Shown one piece after another: positions 40,005 to 49,797 of a DNA stretch of 57,917 nucleotides. The position numbers and the translations under genes are program-made. The notes below the pieces were generated by a model. That model searched no databases. It saw only the letters and a program-made list of their open reading frames with translations, and was not told the origin of the DNA. Position 1 is the stretch's first letter, and each line of letters opens with the position of its first letter. The stretch spans positions 1 to 57,917 of the forward strand of contig JAUCBJ010008207.1 in assembly GCA_032718475.1 (NCBI GenBank), read 5' to 3'. The stretch comes from Nemertoderma westbladi (Eukaryota; Animalia; Xenacoelomorpha).

Positions 40005-40255
40005 CATCTTGGTGTAGTTGCAGTAAACCCACGATCTCCGGGGTTCGATCCCCGCCAGGTCAGTTTTCTTTTCGGCACGAATGTTTTGAAGGAATTATCC
40101 AGGGCGCATCTCTGTCTTACAGAAGATCCGTAAGTGGTAGCTAAATGAGTACTGGAGTTTGGTCTGGGGAGTATAGCTCTGGGGGGACCGCCCTGGAAAT
40201 ATCTCGGACTTTGTGAGTATAATTCCTGGACTAACGGCCGAAGAAAATACTTTTT
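40005..40255 (+). mobile_element. tRNA-derived SINE-like element with self-complementary body
   Basis: A-box-like TGGTGTAGTTG (40010-40020), B-box GGTTCGATCCC (40042-40052), no complete cloverleaf, three nested inverted segments downstream. Confidence 0.6.
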
Positions 40256-40784
40256 TAGCTTTTATAGCAGTGAAATAAAACGTTAGTCTAAAAATCTTTT
40301 AAAATTACAATACGGCAACAAATTGATATTTTTCAGTTTCTCAGAAAAAAAAACGAGACACTGGTAGAGTTAACAACCTCATAAGTTATTCCATGAATCG
40401 ACGGTCCTACTGGAAAATGAATTCTTTACAATGAGTAACCTACAAAATGGCTTAAACAGTTTACGGTTATTACCCCTATTTGTGGTGCTGTTACTAAATG
40501 TAAAGAAATCGCACATATTTAAATCAATTATGTTTATTAATTTATTGAATAAACTATTTTCAGATCAAATATGTGCCTACGTAGTCTGTCAACTTCAATT
40601 TATTTATTCCAATCCTTCAAAGTACTAAATAGATATACCCTCCACCAAATGGTAGCCTTCTTGTACTCTATTACCAACTTAAATCAATACTGTATATTAT
40701 TGAACACATACTGTAGGCCTACATGTTGGTGTTTGAGTAATACCATTTATGAAAATGAAGATGATGAATTGGTGGTGGTCCGGG

Positions 40785-41536
40785 AGGCCCGTATGGTGAC
40801 CATTATATCTGGGGGGGGGGGGGGGGGGGGCAGAGGCCAAATCTGGGGGGGCAAACCCATAACTGGGTTAGGGAGCATACAGCAAAGTGAGAGTTAATTT
40901 AGTACATAAAGTAAAATCAATATTGTTGAAGAGCGTGGGGCGAGGCAAGAAGTTGGCGGACCCTTGTCTAACTGACATTGTTAAGGGAGAGGGCCAATAA
41001 TAGCAATTAGTTGATTTCGTTACGATTTTGACATGCCAATAACTTTGTACCACCACTAATAAATAACTTTGTACCACCACTAATAAATAACTTTGTCGGA
41101 TTTAATTAACCCTGCCGAGTTTAAAATTTGTAGGCCTAAATATGTCCAAAAGTTAAATTTAGAATTAAAAAAATAAAATTTTAGATATGTATACCAGCGC
41201 AAGCAACCATCAGCGCCTAGCCTATTACTATTAGATGTAAGCTGGCTCCCAAACTGCAGACAATACTGTAGGTCAACAGTGAACAACCCGCTCTGGTCCC
41301 CTGGTAGCCAATGAGAGAACCTGGAGCTTCCGTGTATGTTTAGTAATCATATGTTTAGTATATCATATATATGAGCTGCAATCTGATAGGCCTAGAGTAA
41401 AGTGTAAATTCAATCACTATCAAAATCTATAAAGAGATGCGGTCTGCCAACAAGCTTTCCGGGCCTGAGTTGTGAGTAGCAACATAGATAGAACAAATAA
41501 CGGTACATAATACAATGTAAATCGTACCCCCAAAAG

Positions 41537-41567
<31 letters not shown>

Positions 41568-41581
41568 CACGGTACGGGCCT
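40785..41581. mobile_element. possible decayed hAT-type MITE(s)
   Basis: AGGCCCGTA followed by a G20 run; a C30 run followed by TACGGGCCT. Only a 9-bp inverted match and no TSD found. Confidence 0.3.
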
Positions 41582-41621
41582 TGGTGGCATAGAAGCCTGG
41601 GCTTGAAGGTTGCCACCACCT

Positions 41622-41622
<1 letters not shown>

Positions 41623-41660
<38 letters not shown>
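41623..41660. repeat. (GA)n microsatellite; lies upstream of a donor-like site CAG|gtatgc at 41852 (possible non-coding first exon of the KCTD gene)
   Basis: The repeat is seen directly. The exon/promoter role is inferred only from the donor match and the 5'-UTR acceptor at 46637. Confidence 0.6.
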
Positions 41661-41665
<5 letters not shown>

Positions 41666-42633
41666 AAGGATAAAGAGACAGAGTTTAATGATGTTAATAT
41701 CTACTCATTGAATAGCAATGTTTTGTAGACATTAGCAAATCGTATATAACCAGCGCGAGCTATCTTACAACGGAAAAATAAACGGCGCGTGAAATATCGG
41801 TGAACACGTTCTATTAAATCAATGGTGCCCAGTTGAAACGGCGAACGAACAGGTATGCAATATTCTAGAATTGGTAGGACGTATATGACTTACCGTATAA
41901 CCGGTTATCTGGGTGTGATCTGCTGAAATTTTGCGGGAATATATATAACATAATAATTTATTTCATTAAAAAAATAAAGCAGTTTATTCCAATAATACGG
42001 AATCCGAAACATGTAAAAAAATATCCCCTCTGAACACGAGTTTCATAATATTATATCTCGTATGCTTGTAGCGGAGGGTAGGCCTGGGGGTAACTTCGAG
42101 AGACAGGCAGTGGTTGTCAACCCGTTGTACATACTGTGGGTAGAGATATGTGGGGGAACCAAGGGAGGGTAGCCCGAGGGGCCTACAGCGTATGGTAGGG
42201 AATAGTCCAGCAGTAATGACGGTATATACCTGCAGGCTGTAGAAAGCCGTACGGGGAAGGCAGAGAGAGAGGGAGAGATGAGGATAAAGCAACCAATAGC
42301 TGGCTAGAACTGCAACCAATAGCTGTAGGCTATCCACGGTCCCAGCTATATAGGCCTAGCTGGGAAAAGCCTCTAGCTATAATCTTTTGTTGGGTTCACT
42401 TTCTATAGAAGGGCTTGCAGTTTGGAGTTTAACTAGTCTTTATAATCTTTGTGTTAATGAGAAGGTTTAAGGCCTGTTATTAATGCAGTGAGATTGACTT
42501 CACACTATTGTAATTGTAAGGTGAACTAGTTTTTGTCGCCTTTTTTGGTCGTTTCACCCATTATAAACGGATTCCGATTTAGTTAAAGATCAGAACTATT
42601 TGTAGGAGATTTAGTTTTCGTACTTTGGCGCAA

Positions 42634-43344
42634 TTATTTCATTTTGTGTTAAATAAACTTTATTTCATTTTGTGTTAAATAAACTTTATTTCATTTTGTG
42701 TTAAATAAACTTTATTTCATTTTGTGTTAAATAAACTTTATTTCATTTTGTGTTAAATAAAAACTTTATTTCATTTTGTGTTAAATAAACTTTATTTCAT
42801 TTTGTGTTAAATAAACTTTATTTCATTTTGTGTTAAATAAAAACTTTATTTCATTTTGTGTTAAATAAACCTTATTTCATTTTGTGTTAAATAAACTTTA
42901 TTTCATTTTGTGTTAAATAAACTTTATTTCATTTTGTGTTAAATAAACTTTATTTCATTTTGTGTTAAATAAACTTTATTTCATTTTGTGTTAAATAAAC
43001 TTTATTTCATTTTGTGTTAAATAAACTTTATTTCATTTTGTGTTAAATAAACTTTATTTCATTTTGTGTTAAATAAACTTTATTTCATTTTGTGTTAAAT
43101 AAACTTTATTTCATTTTGTGTTAAATAAACCTTATTTCATTTTGTGTTAAATAAACTTTATTTCATTTTGTGTTAAATAAACTTTATTTCATTTTGTGTT
43201 AAATAAACTTTATTTCATTTTGTGTTAAATAAACTTTATTTCATTTTGTGTTAAATAAACTTTATTTCATTTTGTGTTAAATAAACTTTATTTCATTTTG
43301 TGTTAAATAAACTTTATTTCATTTTGTGTTAAATAAACTTTATT
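42634..43344. repeat. 26-bp AT-rich tandem array, ~27 copies (TTATTTCATTTTGTGTTAAATAAACT)
   Basis: ATTTTGTG at 42641, 42667, 42693. Confidence 0.97.
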
Positions 43345-43884
43345 GAATCAAATAAATATAACGATTCCATAAAAATAAAATATTTATTATTATGAATGGT
43401 TTTATAAATTACGTTAACATAATATGCCTAATTATTTTTGTATTTTTTATTAAATTAATTGAAACGAAATAATATTGCCGGTGAGACACTTGGTTTATAT
43501 AATTTATTATATAAATTAAATTTGTACAAAATCTTAAAAAAGGCAATAAATTGCAGAGATTACCTTTCTGCCTTTGTGTCTCTCTATTTATATTTTATAT
43601 TGTTTTACTATTTTACCCCGTTTGGGGTGTATCTATTCCAATTAACTGTAACCTGTTTCATTGACTTTCGTTTATTGTTTTGGTTATAGAATAACGTGCC
43701 ATTGTAACCTACTCCTTTCCCTTAATTGATAATTGGACATTGAAACGAGTTATTAATTCGACGAGATGAAGAAGTCAAGCCGGGCTTAGGCCTATACTAA
43801 GCATAAAATATCTATCTATATTTTATCATCATTTTTGCGGCGTAAAATTAGTTTGGTATTCGTTGTATCCAGAACGGCTTTGTC

Positions 43885-45324
43885 AAACCCTAGCGGAAAC
43901 TATAAAGGCAAATCCCAAACCCTAGCGGAAACTATAAAGGCAAATCCCAAACCCTAGCGGAAACTATAAAGGCAAATCCCAAACCCTAGCGGAAACTATA
44001 AAGGCAAATCCCAAACCCTAGCGTAAACTATAAAGGCAAATCCCAAACCCTAGCGGAAACTATAAAGGCAAATCCCAATCCCTAGCGGAAACTATAAAGG
44101 CAAATCCCACCAGACGGGTTTGTCAAACCCTAGCGGAAACTATAAAGGCAAATCCCAAACCCTAGCGGAAACTATAAAGGCAAATCCCAATCCCTAGCGG
44201 AAACTATAAAGGCAAATCCCAAACCCTAGCGTAAACTATAAAGGCAAATCCCAAACCCTAGCGGAAACTATAAAGGCAAATCCCAATCCCTAGCGGAAAC
44301 TATAAAGGCAAATCCCAATCCCTAGCGGAAACTATAAAGGCAAATCCCAATCCCTAGCGGAAACTATAAAGGCAAATCCCAAACCCTAGCGGAAACTATA
44401 AAGGCAAATCCCAAACCCTAGCGGAAACTATAAAGGCAAATCCCAAACCCTAGCGGAAACTATAAAGGCAAATCCCACCAGACGGGTTTGTCAAACCCTA
44501 GCGGAAACTATAAAGGCAAATCCCAAACCCTAGCGGAAACTATAAAGGCAAATCCCAATCCCTAGCGGAAACTATAAAGGCAAATCCCAAACCCTAGCGT
44601 AAACTATAAAGGCAAATCCCAAACCCTAGCGTAAACTATAAAGGCAAATCCCAAACCCTAGCGGAAACTATAAAGGCAAATCCCAATCCCTAGCGGAAAC
44701 TATAAAGGCAAATCCCACCAGACGGGTTTGTCAAACCCTAGCGGAAACTATAAAGGCAAATCCCAAACCCTAGCGGAAACTATAAAGGCAAATCCCAATC
44801 CCTAGCGGAAACTATAAAGGCAAATCCCAAACCCTAGCGTAAACTATAAAGGCAAATCCCAAACCCTAGCGTAAACTATAAAGGCAAATCCCAAACCCTA
44901 GCGTAAACTATAAAGGCAAATCCCAAACCCTAGCGGAAACTATAAAGGCAAATCCCAATCCCTAGCGGAAACTATAAAGGCAAATCCCACCAGACGGGTT
45001 TGTCAAACCCTAGCGGAAACTATAAAGGCAAATCCCAAACCCTAGCGGAAACTATAAAGGCAAATCCCAATCCCTAGCGGAAACTATAAAGGCAAATCCC
45101 AAACCCTAGCGTAAACTATAAAGGCAAATCCCAAACCCTAGCGGAAACTATAAAGGCAAATCCCAAACCCTAGCGGAAACTATAAAGGCAAATCCCAAAC
45201 CCTAGCGGAAACTATAAAGGCAAATCCCAAACCCTAGCGGAAACTATAAAGGCAAATCCCAATCCCTAGCGGAAACTATAAAGGCAAATCCCAAACCCTA
45301 GCGGAAACTATAAAGGCAAATCCC
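43885..45324. repeat. 32-bp tandem array (AAACCCTAGCGGAAACTATAAAGGCAAATCCC) with four 48-bp variants
   Basis: AAACCC at 43885 and 43917; 16-bp insert ACCAGACGGGTTTGTC at about 44109, 44477, 44717 and 44989. Confidence 0.97.
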
Positions 45325-45460
45325 ATTTCGGCGAATTAAAATCCCGCACTGGCAAATTAACAATGTTAAGTAATTATCAGAAAATAACAGGTTACAGTGG
45401 CGGCATGTTTTTGGCATGTTATTCTAACTAAAATGATAAACGAGAATCAATAGCTCATAT
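45301..45460 (+). mobile_element. decayed copy of the GGGGGAAACTGG MITE family, continuous with the last 32-bp unit
   Basis: GCAAATCCCATTTCGGCGAATTAAAATCCCGC and CAGGTTACAGTGGC align with 54702-54780. Confidence 0.7.
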
Positions 45461-46160
45461 TAAGTTTACTATATATATTATTAATATAATTTTTGAGTTT
45501 ACTTTAGTTTGGTTATAATTTGGATAAATAAAATACTCCTAGATTTGCTATTGTCAATACTATTTGATCTTGGAACAGAGGAACTCATCACGTTATATAA
45601 ACGTAGGTAATTTAATTTACTACGCAATATCACGCCTACTGTATAATATATAACTTAACTTAATAGCACGAATATAATTCATGATCCAACGTACAGTAGC
45701 AGCATGACACACGTTGTGGGGCCTTCGCGTAGCACGAGAGCCTATATAAGAAAGTGTACTAATCTCTATTTGACAAGAAAACCATCTTTCCCAAAATATC
45801 AATGAGTGATGCTTTCAGTTTGCGTTATAAACTGGTTGTAAAAAACAAAGGTCCATTTCAGTTTATCTTTACACGCTTTATCATTTGTAATTTGTAAAGC
45901 TACTAACAAGGGCTATTTAAGTTAAGTAGGCCTATGACATTTTTAGTTTTACAATACTTGTCAGCTTGTATCCTTTATTAGCCTCGTTGCGCTCGTCCTG
46001 GTTTGCCTCAAACTATGGTGGGTGTGCAGAAGTGACCAAATAATCTCAAAACAACACAAGAAATTATTTCCAATTTAAAGAAAATGGTGCAAAAATGAAC
46101 AATAACAATAACTTAACAATATGTTATTCTATTTTTGGTTTTTAATTTCGCGATCTCTAA

Positions 46161-46333
46161 GGGAGCAAACTTGACGGAAATCCCATTACGGCGAATTAAT
46201 ATTCTTTCCGCCTCAATGTTAAATCCTCAATTTAGGGAAATTTAGCAGGTTCCAGTGGCACGTTATTCTAAGTCTTACCAAAACAATAAACTAAAGTCAA
46301 TAGAACATGTTATTTACACCGATTTTCCCATGG
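46161..46333 (+). mobile_element. decayed copy of the GGGGGAAACTGG MITE family
   Basis: AAATCCCAT..GGCGAATTAATAT, CCGCCTCAATG, CTCAATTTAGGGAAA, CAAAACAATAAACTAAA and TTTCCCATGGA are shared with 54688-54914. Confidence 0.8.
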
Positions 46334-46739
46334 AAAAGTCCACCCCCCCCCCCCCCCCCCCCCCTCCGATATATTAGCATTCTGATAGGGTGGAGGGCGA
46401 GAATAGTAAACAAAAGCTCAGGAGAGAATAAAAATTACAGTGTATGTCCCCCCGTATTTACAGTGTACCTAATGTAAGTACACTTGTTAACTTATTATAA
46501 ATTATTTTAATTTTTGATATTTTTTAGATCTTCACTCCATAATAAGCTACTACACCTTTATATACTGTATATAACAGTTTCTTTGCATTTCATTGTATTC
46601 CATTAAATTACTCATATTTTATTTATTTTTTTTTCAGCTGTTAGGGTATTAGTATAGAAAAATAATGAAAGCCACACCCAGTAACGATAATAAAATGTTG
46701 TTGAACGCCACCTAACGACGATATTGTGAACTAAAATTA

Positions 46740-46875
46740 ATGAAGACCATGGAGACGCCAACTAACGGTGATTCCGCGAACTACAACCGGAGTACGTTGC
46801 TATGCAATGGGTCGCCGCCAATAAAAGTTATCAAACAATCTATGAGTCCTCCCAACATTTTACCATCTATACCAG
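46740..46875 (+). CDS. KCTD1/15: KCTD1/KCTD15-like BTB/POZ protein, coding exon 1 (MKTMETPTNG...PNILPSIP)
   Basis: Strong upstream acceptor ttttttcag| at 46637, ATG at 46740, phase-1 donor CAG|gtaggg, giving ...SIPG-VPVPA like the GIPTPA motif preceding the KCTD1/15 BTB. Confidence 0.8.
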
Positions 46876-47132
46876 GTAGGGCCGAGGACTGTAATCACCC
46901 AATTGAAACGCTGAAAGATAAATAGCCAACTGTCTGTCTGAGAGTAGTGTTGAACTCGAAAGTGAAAGTAAACCGGATCCTCAGTTTTTCAGAGCGTATG
47001 GTACTATTTTTACTTTATTTACATTATCGTACAAAAAAGTCAGATATAAAACAACCCAGGATAATATTTAGAGTAGTACCGTAGAGTAGTACAGGTACCC
47101 CAGTAAATGAATCCTCTAATTTATCTTTTTAG

Positions 47133-47312
47133 GTGTACCGGTACCAGCCACACCATCCAGACTGACAGCCCCTGTGCACGTGGACATTGGAGGTACTATT
47201 TACACCTGCACTCTGGAGACCCTCACCAAGGATCCCCACTCCCGATTGGCTAAGTTATTTAATGGAGGTTTACCAATAGTACTCGACACAATGAAGCAAC
47301 ATTATTTCATAG
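47133..47312 (+). CDS. KCTD1/15: KCTD1/KCTD15-like, coding exon 2 (N-terminal half of BTB; not in ORF track)
   Basis: Translates [48 protein letters not shown], matching vertebrate KCTD1/15 APVHIDVGG...PIVLDSLKQHYFIDRDG. tttttag| and AG|gtattg, 180 nt, phase 1-1. Confidence 0.95.
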
Positions 47313-47771
47313 GTATTGGCCGGTGTTGTATGAAGGTGTAAAAGGGGGCTATAGGATGGGGGGGGGGATCCCATATATAGGTGAATACTATGTCCTAAAT
47401 ATTAAATGGGGCAGGTTACTTGTTATGTATGTAACTGTAACTGTTATTAAGTAACTGCTATACTACGTAACTGTTACTAAGTATCTGTTGCTAAGTAACT
47501 GCAATACTACGTAACTGTTACTAAGTAACTGTTACTAAGTAACTATCTGTGATCTATGGTTTTAGTGGGTATAAAATTCAAAATGGAAAGAAGCAGTTTA
47601 CAATGTCAGTGTTACCTACATAAAACAAACAAAACTAGATATAACAAGCGACCAATTTATAAATTTTAATTATACCAGGTTCCTGGCAAATTAAGAATAA
47701 GAAAGACCTCTACTATTCACTCTGTTGTTGTTGTTAATCTCCAGTTAGGTTTTAGTTTTAAGGCTAGATAC

Positions 47772-47925
47772 GGCGCAGTAGCGAAAGTGGTAGAGCGTTG
47801 GACTTGTAATCTCTAGGTACCGAGTTCAATCCCACTTTCCGGGGAATTTTTTTGGTAGTAAGCCATTCCAGGAGACACAGCTTGCGTTAGACTCGGACCT
47901 TTGTTTATATACCTTAACTTTATAA
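47772..47925 (+). mobile_element. tRNA(Thr-TGT)-derived SINE-like element or tRNA pseudogene in KCTD intron
   Basis: A-box TAGCGAAAGTGG, loop CT-TGT-AA, B-box GAGTTCAATCCC; acceptor and T stems do not pair properly. Confidence 0.6.
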
Positions 47926-47984
47926 TAGAAATCCAACACGGCCAAAGTCAAAATAACTAATTGATTATCCTCTAATAATGAATT

Positions 47985-49067
47985 GAATTAATTGCAGTTA
48001 AGGCTGCATCTAGGTCCCTGAACAGGCAGTACTCTGTTAATCTACAGGAGCTAATTAACCAACAGGTTGATGCCATCAATGATGCGGACGACAGAAGGCA
48101 ATCATCCCAGGCATGGAGATCGATCAACTTGCTTGCCTTAGATCATCATAATGATGATGGGGTGATGATAACTCCACCTACTGGCTCCAGAAGTCGAGGA
48201 AATCCTGCCAAGTACCTAACTGATCTAGACTTTGCTGATGACTTAGGAGTACTCTCAGAATCATTAGAGGGAGCCCAACGGCTCCTCAGCTCATTAGAGC
48301 ATGCTGCTTCTAGTGTTGGTCTTTTTATTAACTCCAGAAAGACCAAAATTTTGACAGTTAACTTTGAAAGTCCTCAGCAAGTCTCTGATCGGATGAGCAT
48401 AAGCTCAAAAGATGGTATGCTTGAGCATGTGGACGACTTCTGTTACCTGGGATCATGGATCCGGAAGTCAGGTGAGGACCTCCGAATACGTAAGGGAAAG
48501 GCATGGGCAGCCTTGAATAGGCTTTCCAGGATTTGGAAGTCACCGAGAATTAATCGGAAACTTAAGGTCCGATTATTTAGAGCAGCAGTAGTTCCAGTAC
48601 TCCTCTGTGGGAGTCCATGCTGGGCTCTAACTGCTGAGGACACCAAATCTCTGGATGGCACATTCACAAGAATGCTACGCCGGGTTCATTGTGTCAAGTA
48701 CAATGCACACATCTCCAACCAGACACTATATAACATTGGAGGTGTCTCATTGGTTCCCCCAAGCTTGGCACTAGAACAAAGTCGCCTCCGCTTTGCAGGA
48801 CATTGCTTTCGCTGTGAGGACCAGCCAGTGCATAATCTTGTACTTTGGCAGCCTCATGGAGTGAATAAGCATGGTGGACAGCCCATGACTTTCTTGAGAC
48901 GCATCTTAAAGGACACTGGCCTTGAAGATGCGGATGATCTAGCAAATGTCATGGGTGATAGGGAGTTGTGGCGGCGCAATTTTGTCGATAAGCCGGCACA
49001 TCATTCTTAAAAATGCAGCTGCAATGCAGCATGCCGATCATAGTAGTAGTACTAATAGTAGTCCTAG
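47985..49067 (+). mobile_element. RTE-clade LINE copy 2: 5'-truncated, internally deleted, open frame 47985-49010, 12-bp TSD
   Basis: LTDLDFADD, VDDFCYLGS and KAWAALNRLSRIWKS reverse-transcriptase/RTE motifs; (TAG)n tail; TAATAATGAATT at 47973-47984 and 49068-49079. Confidence 0.95.
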
Positions 49068-49091
49068 TAATAATGAATTATTTTAATGCAG

Positions 49092-49630
49092 ACCGGGATG
49101 GTAGACTGTTCCGCCACGTTCTCAACTACCTAAGAACCGGCAAAGTTTGTCTCCCGGCCCAATTCGACGAACTCGATCAACTCCTCGAGGAGGCGAAGTT
49201 CTACGAGTTATCGGAACTCGTTGACTCCGTCGCCGCTCGGATATCGACTCGCGAGCGCCGCAACTCGGTAACTCACCGGTCCCAAACGCTCATCCTACTG
49301 GTGCGACCGGAGCACGGCGAGTCGGTTAACATCACCGGCGATAAATCGCTGATAACCAACCTGTTCCCCGAGTTACGGAACAAACAACAAACCCCGACGG
49401 GACTCTCGCCGCCTTCCGGGGCCGCCTACAGTTGGGCCGCGGATTCCGATTACGTCACTCGGTTTCCGCTGAACGGATACTGCCGTCTTTCCTCCGTTGA
49501 GGTTCTAGAACGTTTGTTTCAGCGGGGGTTCGCCGTAGTCGGGAGCTGCGGTGGGGCGGGAGTGGAGGGCTCCCAGTTCACCGAATATTTACTGAGGAGA
49601 AACGGAAACAGTTCCGCAGAGGCGAAATAG
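49092..49630 (+). CDS. KCTD1/15: KCTD1/KCTD15-like, coding exon 3 (rest of BTB and C-terminal domain)
   Basis: DRDGRLFRHVLNYLRTGK...EEAKFYEL and RFPLNGYCRLSSVEVLERLFQRGFAVVGSCGG...SQFTEYLLRR are KCTD1/15 hallmarks. Acceptor taatgcag|AC, phase 1. AATAAA at 49649. Joined CDS 855 nt = 284 aa. Confidence 0.96.
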
Positions 49631-49797
49631 TTCCGTCGTCTTTCAGAAAATAAATTCTCTAAATTATAGATCTAAAATAGAATCCAGATATATCGAGTTT
49701 CGCATGTAATTCCTTTGATCTAGAAATTCCTATTAGTATATTAAATTAATGATATTTATATTATATATTATGGTAAAAGGGAGATTGAGTTTTCTGT

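Noticed and set aside
47772-47845. Functional tRNA-Thr gene
   Set aside because: Acceptor, anticodon and T stems pair poorly; treated as a SINE head or pseudogene.
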